Assembly: GCF_006345805.1 (NCBI RefSeq)
Contig: NC_043004.1
Span: 13,888,001 to 13,952,000 of the forward strand
Direction of reading: 5' to 3'
DNA: 64,000 bases
Source of the DNA: Octopus sinensis
Lineage: Eukaryota
A program made the translations under genes and the position numbers. How positions within the stretch are numbered: the first letter of the stretch is position 1; every line of letters begins with the position of its first letter. The notes under the pieces were generated by a model, which saw only the letters and a program-made list of their open reading frames with translations, did not search any database and was not told the DNA's origin. Positions 37,730-51,750 of this stretch are shown in pieces.

Positions 37730-37850
37730 GTCTCTATAGCCCGAGGATATAGTAGAAGATACTGGCTTTATGTGCCACGGAGTGGGACTGAACCCAGAAC
37801 CATGTGGTTGGGAAGCAATTTTCTTACCACGTAGCCACGCCTGCGCCTAT
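37730..37850 (-). mobile_element. SINE family B 5' half
   Basis: tatagcccgagg...cttaccacgtagccacgcctgcgccta. Confidence 0.8.
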
Positions 37851-40439
37851 TTATTTAGTTTATTTATTTAGTGAGGTGAAACGCCTATAACCTTCTATGA
37901 TTACCGGGCCTCAAAGACTGGCGGAAAGAAGGGAGAGAGTTTTGAAAATGAAGCTCTGAACCGAATAATAGAAAGAGAATAAATTTCGCTAAATACACCT
38001 AAGAACTAAGTGGTGGTTTTAGGTGGAGGATGAAATCTGCCTCATACAACCACAGGTCATATAGGAGCTGAACAAATATCACAAGAAATCGCATCCAACG
38101 CTTTAAATTCGCCAAAATCGCTGACTTTGATGTCATACCAGTTCATCGTCTCCGAAAGGACGAATGACGAAAATGAAAGACTTCGGTAAGATTTAACCTT
38201 AGAGGGCAGAAAGCCAGTGGCACAGAATTTTGATCTCTGCTTTAGCGATTCTGTTAATTCACCGTTTTCATTTTTACCCTATTTTATTTCTATTTAATAT
38301 TCATTTAAACTACTGCTTTCTATAGCTTTTATTATAGACACAGGTAGTTTTCTATGCCACTGTGCAGCTGTGTAGTAACTCCTAACATTATTGTATGTTG
38401 GCTTTTTCACAATATTTTGAACAATACGTCTCCTTCTCTCTCTCTCTCTAACTGATTTAAAAAATATTTTAATCTCTATTAAAGCAAGGTTTGGCCATAT
38501 CTTTACTTCCATCTTATCTCTTCTCTTTTTGTCATATATGTTCGCTTTTGAAGCACTAAATTTTCTATCTGCCTTTTATTCGTTTGTTGTTTTGTTTTTT
38601 TTTTTGTCTTCAGTTCAAAAATGATTTCAACAAATCCACATTGGGACCATTTAAAAAAAATATCAGACAGTATTTTGAAAAGAAAAAAAAGGGGAAGAAA
38701 TCAAGACAAAACAAAACAAAAAAGAAACTCTTAATCGATATGTTGGAGTGACTTGGCAAATTTATAATGTTTGTTGTGCTGAATTCATGCAGATTTGAAT
38801 ACAACAGAAATCATGAATGGAAACTTAAGAAAGAAAATCAGACATTTGCAATAAACCATTGTCTAACAAAACATAGATTTAAAGAAATAATGTCTCATTT
38901 ACTGCCCTCTGGTATTAAAAGCGATAAATTGAATTATATTCTCGATAACGAAAACTATATAGTTATAGCTATTTTGCATTTTCTGTGCTTTCTCTGCTAA
39001 TGTGATTCTGGTTTCTAGCGGGCAATCACAGCATGGGAAATATTTATAACAAATACTTCATCAAAAGAGTTTGTTTTTAATGATTTGTTTTCTAAAAATA
39101 AAACAACAAACGAATACCTGAATACACATATATATAGTATTGTAAAGAATAATTTTTATTAGCAATGGTCTGATTTTGATATTTTGGGCTATGGAGTAGA
39201 ACAATGAAGACATACGTAACAAACTACAGGTAGAAAATAAACTATAATACTTTTGATTTAAATAAATTTACTGAACATAATACGAATTACAATCTTTTAG
39301 AAAATATTAGATCATTTCAGGTTTTTCAATTTATCTTTTCTTGTGATTCTGGAAATCCTTCAAGTAACTAAAAAAATAAACCCACAAGGTTGTGAGGTAG
39401 AATCGTAAGTTGATACACATTCAATACAAATGTCGTTCAAAAGAAAGACACTATTTTAATTAGATCGAATTCCGTTCTGTTTCAAGGCAATATTTGTAAA
39501 TAGCTTGTCGAAAATTATTCAAGCACTCATCTAACAACATCGTTACTAAACATGATTAAAGATGTTTCACATCTTACAACAAAAAGGGAAGTTCCTAAAC
39601 AGACTTTTATGGAAGTTTAGTAGCCTACTAACTTGATAAAATTTGAATTATATTCAGCAAATGTAATTACTAGTGAGTCTTAAAAGAGTTTTACTAATTC
39701 TGTAATTAAAGTAAACTTGCATCTAAGTTATTTGATTACAACTATCAAAGAAATAAAACGATGTCTAGTTCATGTTCCATAACTCCACTTTCTATCATTT
39801 TCTGTCATAAACTAAAGCCATAGAAAATCAAACGCATTTAAGTAAGAAACTATTTCTCTAAGACATTTAATATATATGAAGAATGACGTAAAGAAGAATA
39901 AATCAAATACGGCGTCTAAAAAAGATAAAAATGATATATTGTGTATAAAGTAAGAAAGAAATAAAGTATAATACGTTTTCAATTCACATAATGAAAAGCT
40001 AATCATTCGAAAGTTTCTTCAGGAAATTCCTTAATTGCTCTCGATTTATATTCTGGTTCCGTTCTTCTCATGAGTCGTATATTTCATGTTTCAATTTCAA
40101 GAACTTTTTTTTCACTTCAGTTTATCATAATTGTTTACGACAATATCACGTTGTAAATAGAGTTTCTTTTCAGTTTGCCGAAGTTAAGCAACGTCAACCT
40201 TAGTTATTACTTGCATGAGTGAGCACATAGGAAATGTTGATGCTGGGTATGACTTTAAAAATGCATCCGATTCGAAAGTTCTTGGGTTTTTTTTTATTTA
40301 TGTGGACTTAATTTCACTAGCCCCTATTCGACTTTAAATTGGTTTTCCTATTTATTTATCCATTGAGTAACCCCCCATTTTTTCATTGTGCATTTCCCTT
40401 TCATACTTGCACTCTTTTCAGAACCCACCGACTGTAGAA

Positions 40440-40860
40440 AAACCTCTTAGCCATCATCGTTCCCAGGTCTACTCTAACTCGGAGCTGTAGCACTTGACAA
40501 GGTCCCAACTATGGGTTAAACTGTATGTCTACACCCGAACCAGGGTACATGGGATGCAGTATGGTTGATGTGAACTATTTAGGTACATGAACTTGTTGAG
40601 TCAATGGTAATTATCACTACATACTCAAAGTAAGAATCGACGGCTAGGATCGGGATCAACCACTTCAGTTAGCGATTAATTGTTATCATCTGTAGTCGTG
40701 GAGAGCGCAGATGAAATGTTTCAACTAGCGAAACACCAATATCGTTTAAACTTCGGCCACTTATTCAAGCCTCGTCGCTCGACCGGGATGTCTGGTTGAA
40801 ACGGTTACCTTGGTTTGGGCAAGTGGTTCGACTATGATGGATGGATGGATGGATGGTGTA
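40440..40860. mobile_element. Degraded interspersed repeats, including a possible RTE 3' tail ending in (GATG)n
   Basis: ctcgaccgggatgtctggttgaaacgg (DRDVW-like) followed by gatggatggatggatgg; weak. Confidence 0.35.
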
Positions 40861-41109
40861 GGACAAAATATCTGTTGTATTCAGTTTATCTTTTCAGTAG
40901 ATATACGTTAACAAAGTAACATAATTAGTATGTAATATTGGTGTCTTCTAAGAATCGGTCGTATATAGTCATCGACATACCGTCCTCCAGAAATTGTAAC
41001 CCTGAGAATAGTTTAGAAATCATGATAATTGCATGGACTATATCATGCACCATCCGTCAACACCCTACTGCAACTAAACAACATGTTATGTAAGCACAGC
41101 ATCTTCATA

Positions 41110-42525
41110 ATCCTTTCTGCTACAGGCACAGGACTTCAATGTTTGGGGGAGGGGGCTAGACGATTATATCGACCCTAGTGATGCATTTGTGCTTATTTTA
41201 CCATCTTCCGAAGGATGAAAGGCAAAGGTGACATCGGAAGAATTTTAACTTTGAACGAAAAGACGGATGACATTACCATTTAGCAATTTGCCCGGCAAGC
41301 TAGTGATTCTTTTCTATTCTAGGCGCAAAGTCCGAAATTTTTGGGGAGGGGGGCCAGTCGGTTACATCGATACCTGTACGCAACTGGTACATAATTTATC
41401 GGCCCCGAAAGTATGAAAGGCAAAGTCGACCGCGTTGAAATTTGAACTCAGAACGTAAAGACAGACGAAATACCACTGAGTATTTCGCCCGGCGTGCTAA
41501 CTTTTCTGCCCGCTCGCTGCCTTAAAAATGTTTCATAGTATTCACTTCAAATTTTGGCTCAAGGCCTGCAGTTTAGGGGTAAGTCGATTACATTGACCTG
41601 GTGCTTAACTGATACTTCTTTTTATCGATCCCGAAAGGGTGAAAGGCAAAGTCGACCTCAGCAGAATTTGAACTCAGAACGTAAAGATGGACGAAATGCC
41701 GCTAAACATTTACCCTTGCGTGGTAACGATTCTGCCTGCTCGTCGCCTTAAAATGTTTCATAATATTAGAAAATAATTGGAATTAATACAGCCCAGGAAA
41801 CGGTCCACCAACGTCATATTATTATTTTCTAATCTAGGAACAAGGCCCGAAAGTTTTGGAGAGGCAGCCTGTCGATTAGATCGACCCCAGTACGCAACTG
41901 GTACTTAATTTATTGACCCCGAAGGGATGTAAGGCAGAGTCGTCTTTACTAACGTCATATTATTATGAAGCAGCGAAGGCGGTGAGCTGGCAGAGTTGTT
42001 AACACGTTGGACGAAATGCTTAGCGGTATTTCGCCCGTCGCTACGTTCTGAATTCAGATTCTGCCGAGGTTGATTTTGCCTTTCATCCTTTCGGGGTTAA
42101 TAGATTAAGTACCAGTGAAACACTGGGGTCGATGTAATTGATTAATCCCCTCCCACGAAATTTGAGGCCTTGTGCCTACAGTAGAAAGTACAAGGCGACG
42201 AGCTAACAAAATCATTAGCACACGAATAAAATGCTTTAAAAAACGTTTGCACTCGCGCGCGTGTTTGTGTAGATATTTTCATAGATGTACGTAATGATCA
42301 AGCGGATTATCTACTTTTATGATATTGGTTTCAAACTTTTACATAAGTCCAGCAATTTCGAGGGAAGAGGTGAAACAGTGTTTAATCGGTACTTATTTTA
42401 TTGACCCCGAAAAGATAAAAGACAAGGTCGCCCTCCGCATAATTTGAACTCAGAACGTAAATTTGGGAAAAGTTCTGCTAAGCTTTCTGCTCCGTGCGGC
42501 AACGAATTCTGCTCGCTCACCGCCT
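41110..42525. mobile_element. Dense cluster of about six SINE family A copies in both orientations
   Basis: Minus copies at about 41110-41310, 41320-41525, 41545-41750, 41830-41945 and 42340-42525; plus copy at about 41975-42190. TSD-like repeats aaaatgtttcata(g/a)tatt and aacgtcatattattat flank two of them. Confidence 0.88.
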
Positions 42526-44322
42526 TTCATCTATTTTATGATACTGAAACGTTGATGTAACAGTAATACACTGAGGTCTTATTCAATCACCTACTTCATT
42601 CTACATTTATAAATAATATTATTTATATCACTATTCCAGTAATAGACCTATAGTAGCAACACATCTTTTTTTTTTCATACATTTAGTCATTAAGATTCTT
42701 TAAACTCAGATTCAATCAACCTGCATTATTTAATTCAAGTTTTGCTTTGCATCCTTTCGGGGTCGATATAAAAAGTAACAGTTGTATATTAGGGGCGATG
42801 TAAGCTACTTTTGCTGTCCTTGTTTCAGAATTAGAAACCATTATTTTATTAAATACTCGCCGAGTACAACGTTACCTTTCATTATTTCGGAACCGATAAA
42901 CAAATTAATTAGCTCTCCCTGCCCCCATTCCGAAATTGCTGACTTAATCCCAAAATTACAACTTCTTTCATTTAATATGTAACACTTGAAAAAAATGCGG
43001 TGAGGCGGCAGTGTCGTTACCGCACCGGACAACATGCTTAGCGGTATTTATTCCGACTTAACTGTTCTAATCGCAAATGATGCCGAGTCGATCGTGATTT
43101 TTATCCTATTTTATCGGAGTCTTTGAAATAGCTACCAGCCAAGCACTGGGGGTCGATGTAATTGACATAGCCCCAACCCGGAAATTGCTGGCCTTGTGCC
43201 AAAATCTAAAACTAATATGTAGCTGAAGAATCCATGCATTTCTACTCAGGGGTTTTCTGCATGAAGTACATGCAAGACTGATTAGACTATATATATATAG
43301 CAATGAATGAATGTGCATGCTAGGCAATGCACCAGCTAGTCTGATTCTAGTTGTTCGAATATAGCCACGCCAGAACAGCTATTATTTCATTTATAGCAAC
43401 GAATAAAAGTGAATGAACAACAGCAATATTAATATTTCATAAGCTTTCCGTTATTTACTTCCAGCTGATATTACATTTTGTTATGATTTCTCCATGACAG
43501 ATAAACTAATACAGAATTTAGTGCGCTGCATGACTTTCTTAGCTTGCTTTCAAATCAGAACAATTCTGAATCACGAAATTCATTAACCGCCTCCTCTGAA
43601 AGACTGGAAAAAAATATATAGAAAGACACAAACAGATAGATAGACTGAGTGCATGAGTGTGTGAACGAGTGAAAGAATTTGTACTAGATAACGACTAGAT
43701 ACGTTTTAGAAATATTCTAAAATTAATATTTCAAAAATAGTTAGAAATAATTTTGGTGGGAGCGTATTCTGCGTCAAATCGGCTCCAGTAGAAAATGTGT
43801 AATTATTAAAAAAACCCGAGTGAGATGAAAGGAAAAGTCAATTTTGTCTGTATTTGATTTCGGAATGAATGAGACGTGGAGTCTAAGATTTTTAAACCAA
43901 GGCTCTGTCGGTTTTGCCAGTCACTTTCTTTGGTGCATCTACATGAGACATCGAGAGAATTGTTTCAAAATATTAACGAAGCTGTATGAAATCACCCAAC
44001 ATGCTAAATAATGATAGTTACATTTTACTCAAACCATACACAGCAACTTTGAGACGATAAGGGCACATGAGCATAATATTCGTAGAAAACTCTGGAAAGC
44101 GGTGTTGGTCCTGGCTAAAATGTTGATCATAAGTCTAGGCGATTAGAACTGACTTGTAGATAAACAGCAACGATGACGACTACGACGAAATCAGAACATA
44201 CGATCTGAAGTAGAAACCTGCACTCTTCTATTGAACCTGGTAAAATTGCACCCAAAATAAAATTTCATTACATCATACTTTACTACCTTAAAGAATGGAA
44301 ACATTAAATTATATAATCTCTG

Positions 44323-44551
44323 CGGCGAGCTGGCAGAAACGTTAGCAGGCCGGGCGAAATGCGCAGCCGTATTTCGTCTGTCGTTACGTTCCGAGTTCAA
44401 ATTCCGCCGAGGTTGACTTTGCCTTTCATCCTTTCGGGGTCGATAAATAAAGTACCAGTTACGCACTGGGGTCGATATAATCGACTTAATGCGTTTGTCT
44501 GTCCTTGTTTGTCCCCTCTATGTTTAGCCCCTTGTGGGTAGTAAAGAAATA
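44323..44551 (+). mobile_element. SINE family A, full length, 13-bp TSD
   Basis: Flanked by tatataatctctg at 44310-44322 and 44552-44564. Confidence 0.95.
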
Positions 44552-44745
44552 TATATAATCTCTGTGCAAAAAAAAAAAGATGGTAAACAGCTGATGGGAT
44601 TTTTATCATACAGAGAACTGAGGGTGATACAACTATAACTTTTGATGGCTTTTATAATTTTAAAATCAATAATATGCCAATCAGATATCGAGGTAGACTT
44701 CTCATTCTGTGTCTCTGGCTTATACTTCTGATCCAGAGATCCAAC

Positions 44746-44793
44746 CTGTCACACTGTGTCACATTGTGTCACTGTATCACACTGTGTCACTGC
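44746..44793. repeat. Short minisatellite (tgtcacactg-like 10-mer)
   Basis: ctgtcacactgtgtcacattgtgtcactgtatcacactgtgtcactg. Confidence 0.8.
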
Positions 44794-45144
44794 ATTAATA
44801 TGACTTTACGATTATTTTAACAATACTCTTGTCTGTGAACTATTCAATCGCTTGCACTATTAATTTCAAGAGTTGGAGTTCATTAAACAGCCAGATGTGG
44901 TGCTTATTTCTAAGCTCTATTCAGGCGTGTTTACAATAGTACCACACTTTGGTCACGAGCATTACAGTCACAATCATCTCGTTTGTTTTTCAGGAATATG
45001 GGGTATTTAGGACAACAGCAATCACCAATATGTTTCGTCACTTATTATAGAGAAGACGAAGGATGATCTATGAGAGACGGCATCTTTGTGAGGAAGTGGT
45101 GAAGCTGGTGTAATCTTTTCCAGACGTATTAATAGTTTCTGAAT

Positions 45145-45575
45145 CAGGCACAAGGCCAGCAATTTTTAGAGGACGGAGATAAGTCGATACGATCGATCCC
45201 AGTTCTTGAGTGGAAACTTAGTTTATTAGTTTTAGAAAGAGCAAAGGAGACACCGAACTGAGTGGGAGCTGAATTCAAAATGTAAAGAGCCGGAACAATT
45301 ACCGCATGACATTCTTTCCGACGCTCAAACGATTTTTTCCAGCTCTCCACCCTTTCCAAGTGTATTAACACTTTCTGCAATAAGAACAGAGCTTGAAATG
45401 TTGGGGGAATGGGACTTCATCGACTCTAGTGCTTGGACTGGAAAGTTCTTTTATCGACTTCGAAAGGATGCAAAGCAAAGGTGACCTCGGTGGAATTTTA
45501 ACTCGAGCCGTAAAGACGGACGAAATACCGTGAAGCATTTCGTCCGACGTACAAACGATCGTGCCACTTAGCTGC
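45145..45575 (-). mobile_element. Two tandem degraded SINE A copies
   Basis: Family cores at about 45145-45355 and 45375-45575. Confidence 0.75.
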
Positions 45576-46027
45576 CTATTTCGAAAGGTACTAATGAAAG
45601 CATTTGCATCGTGAAAGACAACGTATGAATTTAGATAGAATATACAAATTCTTTAATTCAATATCTATTTTATTTATACAAATGTTCACGGTGGTATGTA
45701 TGTGAAAACTTCGACTATGGGGCATGAATGACGATATTAAATATCCTTTTTATAGCTAATTAATGACATGTTGGTTGATTGAACCCGTGAATCTGGTGGT
45801 TGAAAGATATACTGTAATATTTACATATAACAGTTATATACACTTATCTTTTAAATTTTTAGTTTACAGTGAATAAATTTGGCATTTCAGAGCAAGTGCA
45901 GTTGTATTTTTCAAGCATAACAGACAGTAACTAGCTTAGTTGTGTCTTTCACGTCAATCCCATTACGCAGGACTTTGATCCTAGAACTGAGCTACTGAAA
46001 CACTCCATGTGTGTATGTGTGTGTGTG

Positions 46028-46066
<39 letters not shown>

Positions 46067-47724
46067 CAGACAGAGAGAGAGAGAGAGCATGTACATGTGT
46101 GTGCAAGACTGTCGCTGGAAACGGAGTCTTGTAATACCGCGTGGCGTCATATTACATTTGAAAGTAACTTAATCATTTGATAGATAAAGATTGATAAAAT
46201 ACATTTTATGGTTCAAATAAGCAACTAAAAACTAAAGAAGACGGCACCACAGTATGTCTGCAGTTCAAGGGACAACTCGATTCGTCTAAATGGAAGTTCT
46301 ATAGTCAAAGAGGTACTGGAACAAGTAAGAATACTTGCAAAATATAATATTTATATGTGATATATGAAATAATCGCTATAACAAATACTTCTTAACTTAA
46401 TATTAATTTATGGAGATAATTAGGTTATTCAATTATGATCTAATATTATAAAGATGAAAATTTGTTTTGTTCTCTACTTGGAATTAAAAACAAATATTTC
46501 GCGTAGTTAAAATATGGAGAATGTTAAAATTGTACAAAAATCTCATTATATATGTTTTTCTCTTACATGCATAATGGAAATTATTTAAATGAATGTACTC
46601 TTAATAAATTATTATGCAATGTTTGAGGTTTAAATTAGACTATCTTTTAAATTTATGTCTTACCGGATTTAGTATATTATTTAAGTAACTAAATTGGCTT
46701 GATTATCAACGCATTTTCAAACATTATTTAATTAAGAAATACGCAACCAATCATTACGGAATTAATAGTAAAAGTGTGGCAAAAAATTAGATTGTCGGAT
46801 TAAACACCTAACTCGTTTTAAATTTCTTCTTTTAGTTTGTATGTTCAAATACTTTCAGGAACGAGAGTGGGTTCCATCTCTTTCTGTTGATAGAATAATT
46901 ACGAGAAGTGTGATAGCGTAAATTCAATCATGAGCAACCCTTTCTCAGAAATGTGTTACTTTTCGCTAAATTTGGAAATCTTGAAATTGAATTTTTAAAT
47001 TCTCATTCTATAATAGTTTTTTCAGGTTTTATATAGGTTGCAACTTAATCAAATTTGATTATTACATATTTAAACTGTATTATTCGTTAATAATCTTGAC
47101 GCTTCAAATATTACATTCTCGCTGGAACACAACATCAGAACTGAAAGCGCGGACGAGCTGGATTAATTGTTTATGTTTGAACTTTATCTTATGCAAGCAG
47201 TTGCTAAAAATCTACTGCCACATAAATACATGCCTGCACATGTGTATGTATGCATGTATGTGTGTGTGTGTGTGTGTGTGCATGCGCCCATTCGTGCGTG
47301 TAGAAGAATACTTAATTTTCCTCACAAACTCCTTAATATGAAGCTGAAAAAGACAAATATTTATTTCTCTGTATAGCAGTAATTAAGGTGTTACAGGATT
47401 AACTATGCTTACGAGCATATGTATATTTACTCTGGCAAAATAGCTATCTTAATGTTATTGCTGTCTTCTTCTAATCAGGACTCAAAGAATAATGTCTAAT
47501 TCGAGCCTACTCTAAGTTACTAAGAATGCGTGCGGCATCTTGAAGATCCACCCACCACACGCGATAGACTGGCGGTTGCAAGGGCGCGAAAGCTACGTTG
47601 TTATCGTCATTCTGTAAACGGTGGCTTTTAACAGGTCGAGAGGTGAACCATCCTGAGGTAGAGAGGATTCGCAATCTAGACTAGGGTCTGAAAGTTTATC
47701 ACACCATAGTGTGTTATACCAGGG

Positions 47725-47918
47725 TTCCTCTGTAGGAAGAAAGAGTAAGAGAAATTCGTGGTGAGAGAGTACAGCGGATTTACCATTCCCCGCCGGAGCC
47801 TCGTGGACCTTGGGTGTTTTTGCTCAATAAACACTCATAATGCCCGATCTGGAAATCGAACCCGCGTTCTTACGACCGCCTGTTCACTGCCCTAACCACT
47901 GGGCCATTGCGCCTCCAC
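47725..47918 (-). mobile_element. SINE family C 5' part
   Basis: Minus-strand head gtggaggcgcaatggcccagtggttagggcagtg...ggttcgatttccagatc. Confidence 0.85.
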
Positions 47919-47992
47919 TGTTGTTGCTATTGCTAAGGCTGTGGATTTAGTATAGTCGTTGTTGAGTGTAGTCAAGAAGAGATATTATCAAA

Positions 47993-48225
47993 GGCGGCGA
48001 GCTGGCAGAAACGTTAGCACGTCGGGTGAAATGCGTAGCCGTATTTCGTCTGCCGTTACGTTGTGAGTTCAAATTCCGCTGAGGTCGACTTTGCCTTTCA
48101 TCCTTTCGGGGTCCATTAAATAAGTACCAGTTACGCACTGGGGTCGATATAATCGACTTAATGCGTTTGTCTGTCCTTGTTTGTCCTCTCTGTGTTTAGC
48201 CCCTTGTAGGTAGTAAAGAAATAGT
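47993..48225 (+). mobile_element. SINE family A, full length, 10-bp TSD
   Basis: Flanked by tattatcaaa at 47983-47992 and 48226-48235. Confidence 0.95.
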
Positions 48226-49116
48226 TATTATCAAATGTGTTGAAACCTTGGTCTGCTCGTCTTTTTCTAAATCTTGCGAAACATTCTCTACTAAAGACAG
48301 TAGTATGTGATCTGCAGAAGATTGCAATTTATAGCAGGTCAAGCAATCACGTGGATGCTTCTTCGTCGTCTCGTGCAGCTCTTTAGCTTTATTACTGCTG
48401 GTAAATCTCAAAGTAGATATATTATTTTATTTCATAATGGCTATTTTGTTTTATTGGAGATATCTTTTAGAGCAATTTCTTATAGAGATTATATTTGTTC
48501 AATAACAGATATTATTTTACGACGTTGAATTATATATTTTATTTTCTATAATGCTTTCATTGTTAGATCAGCCATTGTGTAAAGAATTTTGTAGTTTCCA
48601 AATGCCTATATCTGATTATTATATAGATTCTGCTTCTATCGATGTTTTTTTACAAGTGTTTTAACATTATATATGGCGCTATAAACACTGAAAAATTTCA
48701 GATCTATAAAACATTAGATCTACACATCAAAGCCCGCTTTTCTTTTAAAAATAATAAGAATCAAAGCGTAAGTATTCTCGCCGCGATTCAATCAGAACAT
48801 TTTCTACGAATCTTGCTAAAAGTATATAGAAAGCTTGAAAATGTTTTATAGTCTCACTAACAATCCCCGATTCCCAAAACAATTTTTGCTTCGATGATTT
48901 CAATAATAATGAAAACATCCCAATGCAGATACGAACTAAAACAACAACAACAACAACAGCAGCAGCAATAACACTGAATAACTGGGGTCGATGTAATCGA
49001 TCAACTCCCGTTTCATAGTTTTGCAGGCCTTTTGCCAAAATTTGAAACAATTGTCCTCCTCCTCCTCCTCCTCCTCCTCATCATCATCATCATCATCATC
49101 GTCACCATTATTATTA

Positions 49117-49564
<448 letters not shown>

Positions 49565-49567
<3 letters not shown>

Positions 49568-49921
49568 TACCTCCGTATTAGAGGAGGTATTGTTTTCAGT
49601 CGTGTTTGTTTGTCAGTCTGTTTGTTTGTCCGTGGACAAGATATCTCAAGAACAGCAGGATGGATTCGGATAACACTTTCAGGAATGTTTGGCCGCGTGA
49701 GTGGCACAAACTGATTAAATTTTGGGATCAGTCCGGTACCGGACAAGGTCTTTTTTTCGCATAATTTTTGTGAGCGGTCGGATTTACTTTTATAATTCTC
49801 TCTCGTTTGTGAGAGTAGTCGAATTTATTTCAGATATTCTCATTTTAAAAATCATCTACGACTAATCGTTGAGAGGATGTTGGTGTTGCCTTGGTGAAGG
49901 TTTGCGCTGCCTGGGTACTCC
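49565..49921 (+). mobile_element. Probable non-autonomous Helentron-type (HINE/DINE-like) element
   Basis: 5' hairpin tacctcc...ggaggta, then a (GTTT/GTCT)n tract, and a 3' subterminal inverted motif ccttggtgaaggt, inserted in T-rich repeats. Architecture recalled from HINEs; not confirmed by search. Confidence 0.55.
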
Positions 49922-50045
49922 TCTTCTTCTTCTTCTTCTTCTTCTTCTTCTTCTTCTTCTTCTTCTTCTTCTTCTAGTTCTTCTTCTTCTTCTCCTTCCT
50001 CTTCTTCTTCTTCTTCTTCTTCTTCTTCTTCTTCTTCTTCTTCTT

Positions 50046-50090
<45 letters not shown>

Positions 50091-50106
50091 TTATTATTAT
50101 TATTAT
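49921..50106. repeat. (CTT)n-(ACT)n-(ATT)n compound trinucleotide tract
   Basis: Directly visible. Confidence 0.95.
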
Positions 50107-50417
50107 TAATACTATTAAAGTGCTTAGAAAAATCGTTAGTATGCCAGGCAAAATGCTTAGCGGCATTTGGTCCATTATTAAAGTACTGATCTGGTAGAAT
50201 CGTTAGCACTTCGGCCAAAAGGCTTAGCGTATTTATGTCCTGAGTTCAAACTCTACCGAGGCTGACTTTGTCTTTTATCCTTTCGGGTTCGCTAAAATGA
50301 GTAACCAGCTAAGTGCTGGGGTTGATGTAATCGACTTCCCCATCCCTCGCATTGCTGACTATGAGACAAAATTTATATAAAAGTATTATTATTATTATTA
50401 TTACTTTTGTTGTTACT

Positions 50418-50646
50418 TACATTATTTACATTATTTACATTCGACGGATATTTGTCCGCATCTTGTTTGTTGTTAACACAACCTTTCAGCTGATATACTC
50501 TCCAGCCTTCTTCAGGTGTCTTGGGGAAACTTCTAACCTGGATTCGAAACGTTGTGTTAACAACAAACAAGATGAAGACAAATATCCGTCGACTGTAAAT
50601 AATGTAAATAAAGTACATAATTCCTCATCTCTTAAATATAGAACTG
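50418..50646. mobile_element. Fold-back PLE-type terminal repeat with hammerhead motif at 50476-50519 (minus)
   Basis: Arms 50422-50487 and 50546-50611 are reverse complements with 4 mismatches; minus strand acac-CTGAAGA-A-GGCTG[10]CAGCT-GAAA-GGTT-gtgt; same family as 61100-61280. Confidence 0.8.
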
Positions 50647-51159
50647 TTGTTATTACTGTATTGTATTCGTAAGACGCCTCTGAGTCAGAATTGCTTATGT
50701 ATTCTTGTTTGTTTTAACTGTGTCTTAAAACCTCGTCTTACAAATCTTCTGTTCCATTTTGTTCCTTAACTGATAAGATCCTGAAGAACTTATCAGTCCC
50801 TTTGTGTTTTTCGATCAGGTGTAAATTTGTCAACGTTTTCCTCGAAATCAAACTGCTTTTGATAAACAAAAGCAAACACGTCAGTGCTGATAGATGGTAT
50901 ATGTTTTCAGATAACGATTACGAGAATGATTTTCTATAACTGTCTCATTTCTTTCACCATGAAAGAAACATCATAGCTGTACGATAGAAGCAGCAGCAAC
51001 AACAACAACGACAACAACAATCATATGTCACGCAGTGAAGAAAATTAGAAAAACGAAACAATATCCTGCCAAACAATATCCTGACAACCACAGCAACACG
51101 TGACATTAATGCCAAAATCCAAAAGCAGCAACGTTGACATCTGTTGCAGAAACAACATA

Positions 51160-51750
51160 AATAATGAAAACTATAGCAGCAGCACCACTAACGACAGGCC
51201 AAAGCCACGCAGTCATGTTGATACGATTAAAACCACTGTCAGCACCATCATTACTACCACCACCATCACCGACACCACCACCACCATCACCACCACCAAC
51301 AGCAACAACAACAACACCACCCTCACTACCACCGTCAGTTACCACCATCAATACCATCAGCACGAACATCGCGATCACTAACTCACAATTCACTAGCACC
51401 ACCACCACCATCACCATATCGACAAACATCACCACTGCTATCATTACCACTACCACCGCACCGCCACCGCCACCACCTCCGCCATCACTACCACCACTAT
51501 CACTTCCACCACCACCACTATCACTTCCACCACCACCACCATTACTGCCACCATCAGCACCACCATCACCACTACCACTATTACCACCACCACCACCACC
51601 ACCACTATCACCGTCATTACCACCCCATCAACACCACCACCACCACCGCCACCACCACCACCACCACCATAACCAGCATCACTACCGCCCTCACTATCAC
51701 CACTCTCACCACTCTCGCCACCACCGCCACCACCTCCACCACCAATGTCA
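51160..51750. repeat. Degenerate (ACC/CAC/ACT)n low-complexity tract
   Basis: Directly visible; source of the poly-T/P/H ORFs in the track. Confidence 0.9.

Noticed and set aside
47560-47720. GC-richer stretch considered as an HDV-like ribozyme or LINE 5' UTR
   Set aside because: I could not assign the nested double-pseudoknot pairings by eye, so there is no support without a structure search.
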